A DNA stretch of 64,000 nt, from assembly GCA_963841745.1 (NCBI GenBank), contig CAWJDV010000012.1:20779-84778 (forward strand). The letters are read 5' to 3'. Position 1 is the first letter of the stretch. Every line of letters starts with the position of its first letter. This document shows positions 50,801 to 62,493 of this stretch, piece after piece. Under the pieces are notes generated by a model. That model ran no database searches, was not told the origin of the DNA, and worked only from the letters and a program-made list of their open reading frames with translations. This DNA is from an uncultured Verrucomicrobiae bacterium. Lineage in GTDB: Bacteria > Verrucomicrobiota > Verrucomicrobiia > Verrucomicrobiales > Akkermansiaceae. The position numbers and the translations under genes were made by a program.

Positions 50801-53800
50801 CCGAGGGTGATAACACCAAGCTCCAAACCCGCCGCAGTGAATCCGTTAGTGGTGTAGGGCACGTCTCCCGGCGCATTGAAAACGGGAGACACCGTTGCGA
50901 GGCCCGTGCCTTCCAGTCTCAAATCAAACGGGCTTTCAGCCGCATCGCTTCTGGTGATTTCCAGTGCCGCAGTGCGGATGCCCGAAACGGTGGGACGGAA
51001 GGTCACGTCAACCATCAGGCTCTGACCTGCGGCGAGGCTGGAGGTACCGAGGGAACCAACGGTGAAGTCTGCCGTGGCACCTGTGATGGCGAGTCCGGTC
51101 AGAAGAGCGGTCCCGTCGTTTCTAATGACAAGGGTTCGGTTTGTGGGTTGCCCGAGCAAGCGGGAGCCAAAATGAATGGGCGGCCCGTCATCCACCAGAC
51201 TCGTGCCCTCCAGTTCCACGACGATCTCGGCTTGGGAAACGATCTGGAATGCGACATTGGATACAACTGCGATGCCCACGTCGTTACTCAGGTCAAAATC
51301 AGCATCGCTCTTGTTTGTCTCCTGTGCATGGGATTCCACCCTCAGCGCGATGGTTCCGGTTGCTCCGGGAGGTGGCAGGAATCTGAGGTTGGACAACTGA
51401 GCCAACGGCAGCTCGTAGATTCCCGGACTTGTCTGAACTCCTGCCGAGAGTGATCCGCCGGATGGAATGTCCTTCACAACGACCTTGGTGAGTGTTTCCG
51501 AGCCATCCGTGTCCTTCAAGCTAGTCGCAATGGTCAATGGATACCCCACCCCGTCAAAAGTCTGGGATGCGGCGGCACTCAAATCCGGCGGGTCTCCCAC
51601 CGCATCCACGATTACCTTGATCACGCCAGTGTCAGAAGTCGTCAGACCTGTGGAAGGGTTGCGATTGACTACGGTGACTGCCAGCTCCGGCGAATCTAAA
51701 TCGCTATTTGAAGGAGGCCCGATGGTGGGGCCGCCGGTGTAGTTCGTTGTGCCAGGAGATAGTATATAGTTCCATGTGCCTGTCCCCAGATTGTATGTTC
51801 CGCCGTTTGGGATCACACTCCATGTCGGCGGGATTCCGACCACGGTCAACGTCGTAACGATGTCTGGCGGAGCATTAGTATCCGTATGTATGTTGAGCGC
51901 AGCTTGACCGTCTTCATCAATTTCTCTATTAGTTGCTTCGAGTGTGGGTTGTGGTGGCGGAAGCACCACGTTCAAGGATCCAGACAGATTGATCTCGAAG
52001 GGATTCTCGTTCGCATCGTTGCTAGCGATGGAAATCACCGAGGTTCTCACGCCAGCAGCAGCGGGAGGGGCGAAAGTGATAGAAAAGGATGATGAACCGC
52101 CTGGCAGCAATGTGGTGACTGGCAGTGCCGTATTGCTGAATCTCGCAGCATCAGTTCCACCCTTCGTAAGCGAAAGCCCGTTGAGCAGTCCTGTTCCAGT
52201 GTTCCGGACAACCACCGTAAAACTCTTCGTGCTGCCCGCATTCACCGCGGCAAAGTCGAGAGTGTTTCCGTCGTTGAAATTCGTATCCGCCGGAATCTCC
52301 ACAACGATCTCTGGTGCCGTGGGATTAGTGAGTTGCACCGATGGGTAGCCTTTCCATGTAGGAGAAGTGAAACCCGTATTTCCCGAATAGTAATAAAAAG
52401 TGAAATTAAAGGCAGCATTTCTGAAGACATCAGAATTCATGGTCGGCGCATTCCCTGAAAATGTCGCGCTCGCCAGGTTAGCACAATTGCCAAACGCCGA
52501 GTAATTGATATTTGTAACACTTAACGGGAAGGTGATGCTCGTCAGGCTTGTGCAGAATGCAAACGCATTATTTCCAATGGTTGCAACTCCATTGGAAATC
52601 GTCACGCTCGTTAAAGCTGCGCAATATTGAAATGCTGAACCTTCAATGATCATCACAGTTGAGGGAATAGTCACACTCGTCAGACTAATGTTATAGTAAA
52701 AGGCATAGCTGCCGATGCGAGTGACGGTCGAAGGGACGATGTATGCTCCCGATTTCCCAGTGGGATACTGAATCAAGAGCGTCTGGGTCTTATTGAACAG
52801 CACCCCGTCGAGGCTGCTGTATGTCGTATTGGCAGGATCTACCGTAATTCCAACGAGAACCGTGCAGCGGTAAAATACATTGCTCCCGATACTCGTAACA
52901 CTCGCAGGGATCGCCACTGAAGATAATTTGGAACAATATGAAAAAGCAGAATCTCCAATGCTCATCACTCCATTGGAGATCGTCACACTCGTCAATGTTG
53001 AGCAGCCGAAGAAGGCAGTGCTCCCTACCCTAATCGTGCTCGCCGGGATGATCACGCTTGTCAATCCGCTGCAGTAATAAAACGCGTAATCGCCAATACT
53101 TGTGACCCCGAAAGGTATGGACACACCTGTCAATCCGCCGCAGTAGTAAAACGCATAGTTGCCAATACTCGTGACACTCACAGGAATGGTATAGGCACCT
53201 GATTTCTTACCAGGATACTGAATCAACAGTGTTTTTGTTTCGTTGAATAGCACTCCTGAGGCACTGCTGAACGCCGTGCTCCCTGCATCCACCGTAAATC
53301 CCGTGAGGCCACTGCAGTTTAAAAAGGCTTGGCTTCCGATGGAGGTGACGCTGGCGGGGATGGTCACGGTGGTCAGCCCCGAGCACGACGAAAAAGCACT
53401 AGCCCCAATGCTGATAACACCGTTGGCGAGCGTCAAACTCGTCATCCCGTAGCAGGCTTGAAAAGCGCCTTCACCAACACTTACCACTCCAGATGGAATG
53501 ACAACGCTGGTTAGTTTGTAGCAGTAGTAAAATGCGGAGTTACCCACTTCCGTAACGCTCGACGGAATCGTGTAAGCTCCCGACTTCCCGCCTGGATACT
53601 GGATCAAAACAGTCTGTGTCTTGTTGAACAGAACTCCTGCGACACTGCTGAAGGCCGTGTTCCCTGCATCCACTGTAACTCCCGTAAGAAGAATACACGC
53701 GGAAAATGCACCTCTCCCAATACTCACGACACTCGCAGGAATCGTCAGGGCTGTAAGTTTTGAACAGTCACTAAATGCACTATTTCCGAGGCTCGTGACG

Positions 53801-55803
53801 CCGTTTGAGATCGTCAAGCTGGTTAGTCCGTCACAGTTGTAAAACGCATAACCACCAATATCTTCCACACTCGCAGGGATCGTCAAACTTGCTAGACTCG
53901 TACAGTAGGCAAACGCCCAGTCACCGATACTCGTGACTCCGTTTGAGATCGTCACGCTTGTCAGGCCCGCACAGTTGCCAAACGCATCGTATTCAATTCT
54001 GGTCACACTCGCCGGGATGATTACTGTCGTCAGGCTGGAACAAGAGGTAAACGCCGAGGCACCTATGCTCGTGACGCCGCTTGAGATCGTCAAGCTGGTG
54101 AGGCCTCCGCAGTATGAGAACGCATTGCTCCCGATGCTGGTGACGCTCGCTGGAATCGATATGGATGTCAGATTCGAGCAGAGCATGAACGCATTGTTGC
54201 CAATGCTCGTTACGCCCGAAGGGATGTTAACGCTTATAAGTCCGGCGCAATCGGAAAATGCGGAACTTCCGATAGTAGTCACCCCGTAGGGAATCGTTAT
54301 GGCGGTGACCGTGGATTCACCCGAAAAGCAGTTGCTTCCGATGGCGGTGACTGGCATCCAGCCAACTGTCGCCGGAATTACAACGGCACCTCCACTGCCC
54401 GCGTAACCGGTGATTGTTGCCGAGCTGCCATTGACTGAGTAGATGAAATCTGAGGCGGGTTGATCACTTGATGATGAGATTTGTTCGATAAAGCCAACCC
54501 CCGCATTGAACAGTCCTCCGGAAGTCCTGCCCCTTGCGCGGAGTTTTCCCGAGGCTGGTAAGGCGAGGCCGGCCAACTCCCAACTTGCAGTGGTTCCGAT
54601 GCGGGTGCCGTTGCCCAGAAACGTATATGAAACACCACCATCGCTGCTCAACTCGAAGGTGACGTTTGTCACTTCAGGAGCAGAACCCGACCGGGACCAG
54701 AAGACCCGCGAACTGCTCGTCTTACCGAGACCTTGGGAAACGCCATCATTAGCCAGTCGGGCAAGGCCGTTGCGATTGATGGTGGATCCACCACTTGGTT
54801 GGAGGCTTTCGAAATCTCCAGTCACGAGAATTTTGCCATCTGACTGGTGTGACACTCCGAATGCCGCCTTGTTCGGGCGGGGATCGAAGGTGGTGTCGGT
54901 CGTCCCATTCCCATTCAATCGGAGCAGATTAGGCTTCGGCAAAGTGAAGGCGCCGGACACGATGATTTTCCCGCTTGCTTGAACAGAAATTCCGTAAACC
55001 CGACCATTCAAAGTGGGGGTGAATGTGGCATCCACAGCACCATTGCTTTCCAGTCTGCGGAGATATCCGCCACCATTTCCGGCAATCAAAATTTTCCCAT
55101 CCGCCTGGAGTGCAATCGCATCCAGCGACGATGCGCTGGAGCTTCCCGTGAACGTTGTGTCTTGGGCACCAGTCGCCGTGAAGACACGGTCAATGCGCCC
55201 GGTGACCAAGCCACTGAAGAGGATATTACCCTGTTGGATCAGGATGCTTCGCACTTCAGCGGAAATCCCGGGAACGAACGCGGTATCGACAAATCCATTT
55301 TCATTCAATCGGGCGAGACGGCTGCTTCCTGAGACATTGGTGAAATTTCCGCCAATGAGAATTTTGCCATCGGTCTGAGGCATGATGGCGTTCACAATCC
55401 CATTAGGTGCGGGTGGAGTGAAGTTCGCAGTGTCCAAGACTCCACCCTCTGTGAGCTGGGCGATCCTCACCCGAGAAACGCCTGAAATGGTGGTGAAGTT
55501 ACCCCCGATAAGGATTTTTCCATTCGGAAGCACCGCGAGACAGCGCACTTCGCTGCCTGCATTTGGATTGAAGCCGGCATCAAGGGTGCCATCGGCATTT
55601 AGCCGGGCGATGTGGTTGCGGTTTTGTCCAAGAACTTGGGTGAAGTTTCCTATCAGGATGGTCTTGCCGTCTGGCTGGGTGACTGCGGCATTGACCGCCG
55701 TGCCAACGATGCTCGCATTCAGCGTGTCAAGGTCAGCGGGAGCGGCGTGGATGATCGATTGCAAGAGCAAGCACGAGATGAGAAGACGTAGAATCGCTTT
55801 CAT
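47821..55803 (-). CDS. Giant (2660 aa) surface protein: delta-60 repeats, BspA LRR_5, cadherin-like segments, four choice-of-anchor-D domains, three YxGGDGN domains, three copies of an unnamed domain, and a C-terminal FFR domain
   Basis: QPDGKILIGGNF...RLNADGTLD delta-60 repeats; more than 20 LRR_5 repeats; IASNDANENPF; YHGGDGNNVVL, YVGGDGNDIVL and YTGGDGNDLIF. Confidence 0.88.
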   Translation of the reverse strand: MKAILRLLISCLLLQSIIHAAPADLDTLNASIVGTAVNAAVTQPDGKTILIGNFTQVLGQNRNHIARLNADGTLDAGFNPNAGSEVRCLAVLPNGKILIGGNFTTISGVSRVRIAQLTEGGVLDTANFTPPAPNGIVNAIMPQTDGKILIGGNFTNVSGSSRLARLNENGFVDTAFVPGISAEVRSILIQQGNILFSGLVTGRIDRVFTATGAQDTTFTGSSSASSLDAIALQADGKILIAGNGGGYLRRLESNGAVDATFTPTLNGRVYGISVQASGKIIVSGAFTLPKPNLLRLNGNGTTDTTFDPRPNKAAFGVSHQSDGKILVTGDFESLQPSGGSTINRNGLARLANDGVSQGLGKTSSSRVFWSRSGSAPEVTNVTFELSSDGGVSYTFLGNGTRIGTTASWELAGLALPASGKLRARGRTSGGLFNAGVGFIEQISSSSDQPASDFIYSVNGSSATITGYAGSGGAVVIPATVGWMPVTAIGSNCFSGESTVTAITIPYGVTTIGSSAFSDCAGLISVNIPSGVTSIGNNAFMLCSNLTSISIPASVTSIGSNAFSYCGGLTSLTISSGVTSIGASAFTSCSSLTTVIIPASVTRIEYDAFGNCAGLTSVTISNGVTSIGDWAFAYCTSLASLTIPASVEDIGGYAFYNCDGLTSLTISNGVTSLGNSAFSDCSKLTALTIPASVVSIGRGAFSACILLTGVTVDAGNTAFSSVAGVLFNKTQTVLIQYPGGKSGAYTIPSSVTEVGNSAFYYCYKLTSVVIPSGVVSVGEGAFQACYGMTSLTLANGVISIGASAFSSCSGLTTVTIPASVTSIGSQAFLNCSGLTGFTVDAGSTAFSSASGVLFNETKTLLIQYPGKKSGAYTIPVSVTSIGNYAFYYCGGLTGVSIPFGVTSIGDYAFYYCSGLTSVIIPASTIRVGSTAFFGCSTLTSVTISNGVMSIGDSAFSYCSKLSSVAIPASVTSIGSNVFYRCTVLVGITVDPANTTYSSLDGVLFNKTQTLLIQYPTGKSGAYIVPSTVTRIGSYAFYYNISLTSVTIPSTVMIIEGSAFQYCAALTSVTISNGVATIGNNAFAFCTSLTSITFPLSVTNINYSAFGNCANLASATFSGNAPTMNSDVFRNAAFNFTFYYYSGNTGFTSPTWKGYPSVQLTNPTAPEIVVEIPADTNFNDGNTLDFAAVNAGSTKSFTVVVRNTGTGLLNGLSLTKGGTDAARFSNTALPVTTLLPGGSSSFSITFAPPAAAGVRTSVISIASNDANENPFEINLSGSLNVVLPPPQPTLEATNREIDEDGQAALNIHTDTNAPPDIVTTLTVVGIPPTWSVIPNGGTYNLGTGTWNYILSPGTTNYTGGPTIGPPSNSDLDSPELAVTVVNRNPSTGLTTSDTGVIKVIVDAVGDPPDLSAAASQTFDGVGYPLTIATSLKDTDGSETLTKVVVKDIPSGGSLSAGVQTSPGIYELPLAQLSNLRFLPPPGATGTIALRVESHAQETNKSDADFDLSNDVGIAVVSNVAFQIVSQAEIVVELEGTSLVDDGPPIHFGSRLLGQPTNRTLVIRNDGTALLTGLAITGATADFTVGSLGTSSLAAGQSLMVDVTFRPTVSGIRTAALEITRSDAAESPFDLRLEGTGLATVSPVFNAPGDVPYTTNGFTAAGLELGVITLGFAPTPGMQLELANNTAVGEILGMFSGLPEGSILSANFGAATYYFQISYHGGDGNNVVLTAVSVQSQAVTANFDSAAPGPVGNSYTESNLTFTSPTPMSISSVLGAKVLGGTASGTIVVTSSVPGAPLNLTSFEIVSPEANGGYTMTARYQDGSTYTSATFGGGTTDGSFLSELLNGRTGNITSLTFNTEFSSDPLWIDRISANVLTPVSTPVVSVELPNGTPLADGADTVDFGSVPLGNTGSPITLSVRNTGTGDLTGLTASVSGDYEEDFDPGNFADTVLAPGESIDLEVFFTPDAAGPRAAVLHISSNDSSSPFDVMLTGSGASTISPLFNAPGDVIFTSNSFHAGNLNLGAINLGFAPLLGTQLMVVNNTGAGAVTGIFSGLPEGATLNADFEGATYSFQISYVGGDGNDIVLTAMFPQIEIESPVGTLLADGLSTIDFGTALVGNAVKRTFTIRNTGNAELSGLGVTSFSGPGAGQFSWSGLPAPTLAPGQSVTFEVSFLTWATGTRQASLHFASNDADRNPFDIALTGTGIDTLSPVFDTAGNVPWSGTALYAGSLNFGTLTLQFAPAPGTHLRVFDNTGGSPITGTLTNLAEGGMVTATYGGQTYTFTASYTGGDGNDLIFSLVSFTEVVIDFGPVLLPPVIGVRTTYVEKGVTFSTDSPAGLRIAGNSYDQSPSLVVDGEHTLEITAGGGLFSLLGFEIESPETVGQFRLIVTDANGVEHVANSLPPTFVDEFQLNNAFAGNPRYRNILSARITNEFGFGVLVDRVMIRLSGTAVAPPIVASTANFDSAEPGTVGNFYTESNLTFTSPTAMSISSVLGSNALGTISPGTIVVTPSTPDTTLNLTSFDIASPEASGTYSVIAIYKDGSTYESVTFGAGVSDGSFLSFLLNGRTGDITSLAIKSAAGGDPAWINNISANVVTAISPPSIQAVLLPSGEYEITFTGILQSSPNLLPTSWQDITPQPPSPYVIPKASLGNRGFFRATNQ

Positions 55804-56954
55804 GAGGTGATGGGGAGGTTGGGGGGGCAGGAGTTGGAAGGTTTAAGGCGAAATGAATTTCGCGGCCCTTTTCGGCGCAGTGCAAGGACTACGGCACTGG
55901 CTGCTAGAATCAGCGATGACGGCTCCGGTATGGCGTAAATGTTATCCAGCACGATGCCTTGCCCTGTGGTGTTTTCGAAGCGGACGTTGGTGATTTGTTG
56001 GCGAAGGCCTGCTCGCCGAACATTTGGAGCAGAGCGGTTTCGTCGTAGGTGCCGAGGGAGAAAGTGGAAGACGTGTGGAGCGCACCGGCTTCGTCGGTGA
56101 CGATCAAGCGGAACTGCCCGAGCTCGCCGAGCTGGCTGTGGATGGCGAAGCCTTGGAGGTTGAAAAGCTCGCCGGCATGGGTGAGGTCGATGGTTGCGGT
56201 TCCCGCGACGCCGAGGCCGTTGGAATCGTTCATGGTGGATTGGATGGCCATGCCTCCCGGCGCGGAGGAGATGAGCTGGTAGCCGTTTTCCGAGTAGGAC
56301 GCGCCCACGGTGGCGGTAACTGCGTTGTCGAAATGCACGGTGGCATTGCTGGCTGGCGGTGGGACGAGGTCGCTGAAAACGATTCTGTCCAACTGGTCTC
56401 CGCCGGTGAACTGTAGCGAGACGATGTTGGTGAATCCCGCGAAGCCGAAGTTCTGCGAAGAGGAGTTGCCGCCATCGAGGCGGATGGACGCTGACACCCT
56501 GGAGCCATCCGCACGGATTCCCGAAAAACCCACTGTCTCGCCAGCATTTTCGCGTTCGGCCACGTCCGCCGCGTAGAAATTGAAGGCAAGGCCGCCGTCG
56601 CGGGTGATGGTCAGCGGCTGACTGCTTGCGGTGTAGAGAGCGCCGGAACCGGGGTAGTAGGTGCTTTCGTGTGCCGCGAAAGAAAAGGTTCCCCGCGGCG
56701 AAGTTGAAATCATCCGATTGATAGGGACTGTTGATCAGGTTGTTGGCGTCGTTGTTGGCGGAAAGGTTATCGAAGGTCGCTGTGACCGTGATGGCTTTCA
56801 CCTGGGCCGCAGACAATACCAGCAATCCAGTGACGGCCACCCGTTTGGCGACAGTCCTCCACACGACGGATCGAAACGTCGGATCGCGAGCCGTCCATTG
56901 GGGGGTGGCGGGGGGTGACATCATTTTTGCCAGTTGCCGCAACCACGGTTCCAT
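55800..56954 (-). CDS. PEP-CTERM protein with two related beta-sandwich-like domains; frameshifted (middle part is ORF 55910-56713)
   Basis: Signal-like VAVTGLLVLSAAQVKA and C-terminal AIPEPSSLILAASAVVLALRRK; indels near 56660 and 55995. Confidence 0.8.
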   Translation of the reverse strand: MEPWLRQLAKMMSPPATPQWTARDPTFRSVVWRTVAKRVAVTGLLVLSAAQVKAITVTATFDNLSANNDANNLINSPYQSDDFNFAAGNLFFRGTRKHLLPRFRRSLHRKQSAADHHPRRRPCLQFLRGGRGRTRKCWRDSGFFGNPCGWLQGVSVHPPRWRQLLFAELRLRGIHQHRLATVHRRRPVGQNRFQRPRPTASQQCHRAFRQRSYRHRGRVLLGKRLPAHLLRAGRHGHPIHHERFQRPRRRGNRNHRPHPCRRAFQPPRLRHPQPARRARAVPLDRHRRSRCAPHVFHFLPRHLRRNRSAPNVRRAGLRQQITNVRFENTTGQGIVLDNIYAIPEPSSLILAASAVVLALRRKGPRNSFRLKPSNSCPPNLPITS

Positions 56955-57244
56955 GAATCCTCAGCACGAGGGAAGGTCGAAATGTTCCATGCGGAGGATT
57001 CTCACGCCTGCTTCAACCCGAGCCGCCCTACCACTTACCAACATGCTTATTATCAGCAAATTGAATCTCCTAAATATCCCGGCACTCCCCCCGAGAATCC
57101 TCAATCTGGTTTCCCAAGACTGTCAGGAAGGCTGAAGCTTGTTTGGGAAAATACTATTTCCCTCGCCGACCGTCGCGCTTGGGTTTTGCGAAATTTCCTA
57201 GCATGTTAACGTGCTGGCACGGCTCGCCCCGCGGTTTCGGCAAA

Positions 57245-57263
57245 TCCGGGCGAGTCGCCCGGA
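57245..57263. repeat. Perfect short palindrome (REP-like)
   Basis: tccgggcga-g-tcgcccgga. Confidence 0.45.
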
Positions 57264-57291
57264 CGACGGACTCAAGGGAATGCGCAGACCG

Positions 57292-57429
57292 AGAGGCTTT
57301 TTTCAATCGCATCTCCCGCGCCGGACGCGTCGGAATGCGCCGGCCGCGTGCAGCGGCGCTACAAGATCGCGAAGCGCACCCCGCATGGCCCTTAGGCAAA
57401 CGCGTCCCTGCCAATTTCAAAAAGCCTCT
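57292..57429. mobile_element. Candidate MITE (138 bp)
   Basis: Perfect 11-bp terminal inverted repeats agaggcttttt/aaaaagcctct with imperfect inward extension; inner IR ggacgcgt/acgcgtcc; no ORF. Confidence 0.5.
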
Positions 57430-57450
57430 AAGACTTCCGCCGGGTCGGGG

Positions 57451-59849
57451 TCAGAACTGCGACTGCAGCGAGAAGTTGAACTGGCCGCCCTTGTCGGCTT
57501 CGTCGCCGGTCGGGTCGTTAGGAGTGACGACCGGGAAGGCGTAGTCCAACGCGAGCGGCAGCGGGCTGATCGGCAGCTTCAGGCGGATGCCGAGGCCGAC
57601 GTCGCTGTAGAGCTCGCTCGGGGCTGAAGTCCCAGCTCGACTCGTTGACGAAGCCCGTGTCCGCGAAGACCACCGCGCGGATGGTCTCGATGATCGGCAC
57701 GGAATACTCGACCGTCACGTAGCCGAGCGAGTTGCCACCGATAGACCTCAGTCCGTGTAACCGTTGTCACGAGGCCCGACGTCGCGGAACTCGAAACCGC
57801 GCAGGGTGCGTGCCGCCACCGAGGAACATCCGCTCGAAGATCGGGATTTCGTCGCCGAGGCCATCCACGGCGGCAAGTTCGCCGTTCACCGACAGGATGG
57901 TGTCCCATTTGAGGTTCCAGTATTTCTGGCCCTGGGCGGAGACAGTGAAGGTTTCGACGTCCCCGCCGAGGCCGGCGAAGGTCATCCCGAGATCCACCTT
58001 GTGACCGGCGCGGGCCTGGATGTTGTTGTCGCGGTTGTCAAAAATGTAGTTCAGACCGATGGCGCTGCGCAGGTAGTCGCCGCCGATTTTCTCCTCGGAG
58101 AGTTCGGAATTGTTGCCGTCAGGAACGCCTGCCGGAGTCCGATAGGAAATGTTGTTGACCTCCGAATCGATGTTGATGTTTTCCAACCGGTATTCCGCCT
58201 TGATCGAGCCTTTGGCGCCGAGCGGCTTTCTGCAGCGAAATGGCTCCACCGACGTTGGTCTGGTCGTAGTAGTCGCTGAAATAGGAGGATTCACTTGTAG
58301 AAAAGCTCACCGCCAAGCGCGAGTTGCTGGTCCATGAACCAGGGCTCGACGAGCGAGACGCTGAAGTCGGAGCGCTCGGAACCGGCACGCAGGTTCATGC
58401 TGAAGCGCTGGCCGCCGCCGGTGAAATTCCACGGGTTGAACAGATCGAAGTTCGTCTGCTCGAGCGTGAGGAATCCGACGACGCTGTCGATCGAGCTGAA
58501 GCCGACGCCGACACCCACGGAACCGGTGGCCTTTTCTTCGACGAGCACGTTTACGTCGCGGTAGCCGGAACCGCCGGGCGAACCGGTGGCCTGCACCTCG
58601 CTGAAATACTGGAGGTTTTCCAGACGCGCCTTGGTGGTGTCGAGTTCCACCGAGTTGAACTGGTCGCCCGGCTTGAGCGGGATTTCACGGCGGATCACCT
58701 TGTCCTTGGTCTTGGTGTTGCCGGCGATGTTCACGCGGCCGACGCGGAAGCGGGAGCCTTCGGTGATCTTGTAGGTGATGCTCACCCGGTTCGGGCCGGC
58801 GTCGCGGATGTCCGGGTTCACCATGCACGTCCGCGTAGCCGCGCGATCCGTAGAAACTGCGGATCATGGTGATGTCAGCGCGCATCTTCTTGGACGAGTA
58901 GGCGTGTTCGCCCACCAGGGTCAGCGAGGGATAGAGTTCCTCCGGTTTGAAAACCGTCATTTTCCCGAAGCCGACACCGGCGACGGTGTAGCGCTCGCCC
59001 TCGTTGATCGCGATGACGAGATCCACGCTGCCGTCACCCACCGGCACGCGGCTGATGCCCGGGCTGCTCGCGCGGAGGTATCCCCGGCTGCGGTAGAAAT
59101 CGAGGATCGCGTCGAGGTCGGCGTCCAACTGGTCCGACTCGAAACGGCCGGACTTGGTCAGCCACGAGAACCAGCCTTTTTCCTTCACCTTCATTTCCTT
59201 GCGGAGTTCGAGGTCGGTGAACGTATTGTTTCCTTCGAAACGTGATTTTCCGAACCTCGTTCTTCTGGCCCTCGTCGATCACGAAAATCAAATCGGACAA
59301 TCCCGGCTGACCGGTCGCCTGGGTACGGTGCGTGACGGTCACGTCGGGATAGCCGTAGCCCTGATAGTATTTCTCGATGTTGCGGCGGGCTTCGAGGATC
59401 TGCTCGTCACTGAGCGCGCCACCGGCCTTCACTTTCGATTCCTTCGCCAGCTTCTGGTCGGTGAAAATCGAGTTGCCCACGAATCCCACGCCGCCGAGAC
59501 CGGGACGGGTCGTCACCTCCGCGATCAGGTTCACGCCATCTCCCGACCGGCTCCGCAAGGAAGCGCACGTCGTCCACCAGACCGGATTCGTAAAGCGCCT
59601 TGATGTCGTTGTCCAAGATTCTCGGCACGGTAGGTCGTCCCGGTCTTGGAAGTCATCAGGTTCCGCAAGACGGGCCTCATCCACGGTCTTCGCTCCGGCG
59701 TAGCGGATGGTGACATCGGTGATGGTTTTCCCTTCGAAATCCTGCGCGTGCAGGGTGCCTGCAAGCGCAAGAATGGAGAGTGAAGTGAGAGCGGCGAACT
59801 GACCCACGCCGCGCGGCATGAGGAATGAGGGAGTGGTGGGGAAACGCAT
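57451..59849 (-). CDS. bamA: Outer membrane protein assembly factor BamA, with multiple frameshifts
   Basis: POTRA motifs (YYQGYGYPDV, FYRSRGY, IAGNTKTKDKVIRRE), VEEKATGSVGVGVGFSS, FERMFLGG...LRGFE, C-terminal QFNFSLQSQF. Confidence 0.92.
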
Positions 59850-59981
59850 GCGGGAATGGTGGTTGCGGTATGAAGCCCGCCCACCCCCCGTTTCGTCAAG
59901 GTCAATAGCTTGCATTTCCGGATTGTGAGCTTGCCTGCCGAAATCCTTGCCCACCCCGCCCTCGTCCTCTAAACCCCCTCC

Positions 59982-61621
<1,640 letters not shown>

Positions 61622-61624
61622 GGA

Positions 61625-62446
61625 ATGCTCCCACTTATTTGTGAATCCGTGAGCAACTCCACTTAAGTCAATACGGAGCCCGACGAGAATATCAAGCAAG
61701 CCCAGATACTGCTTCAACTGGCTGACCGACTGGCTGGCGCTCCGAGCTATGGAACCGTGACTCTAGCAAACCGTGCCCGCGACATAGCAGCAGTTCGCGT
61801 AGGGCGTCTCGTTGTCAACCTCGGACTACACGAAACAACTCTAACTGAAATTTTTCAGATGTTCCCCAACGATGACAGGAGCTTTAGCGAGTGCAAATTA
61901 GCTCTAGCGTCGGGGCTCCTGCCAACTCCGAATTTGTCGCGGCCAAGGATAGCACCGCGGGGGCAGGACCAGATAATTAGAGCATGGGAGGTAGGCCTGC
62001 GGCGCGTAAAGGACCTGCTCGAGGCAAGTGACCAGTCAAACATCAGCGCAGGTGAAGCGCACGCTGTTTTACCCGAGCTTTAGGCGCTCTTCTGAGGTGA
62101 TGAGGTTTCCGATGATCCGGTGCATCGGACAGTGACCAACACATGGAACCGAAAACATCACTATCTGCCCATCGGCGGGTTTGACTGTGCTAACTTAAAA
62201 CAAACTCGAACCCTCTTTCAGTTTCGTCAAGTGATTAAAAGATTTCCCACGATCCCTCCGAAATCGTTTGATCCCGCCGACCCATCTTACCAGTCTCCGA
62301 CAGCTGCCGCGTTTGATGTCGCATGGCGGCCGCATCAAGCCAAATTTGGCCCCATTTATGCCAATGTAGCCGCTGCCTATGACTCCATCACTCGAAGAAC
62401 CTTTGTCGATGTCGATCGCAAAGAGGCAATGCAGAGCGAGGCTTGA
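61625..62446 (+). pseudogene. Decayed foreign gene: a single frame with in-frame stops
   Basis: ATG 61625 and ORFs 61757-62083 and 62120-62446 share one frame, separated only by TAA, TAG and TGA; lower GC than the flanking genes. Confidence 0.55.
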
Positions 62447-62493
62447 AAGGCGCGGAAGAACTGATGGACGGGGACATGAATGGGGTCAGAGTA

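Noticed and set aside
47821-55803. Diversity-generating retroelement or shufflon acting on the duplicated domains
   Set aside because: No reverse transcriptase or invertase in the window; differences between repeats are not adenine-specific and the repeats are direct, not inverted.
57238-57280. Resemblance to a c-di-GMP-I riboswitch (GGCAAA plus hairpin)
   Set aside because: It lacks the GNRA loop and the GACGCAAAG/P3 elements, and is on the strand opposite the neighbouring genes.
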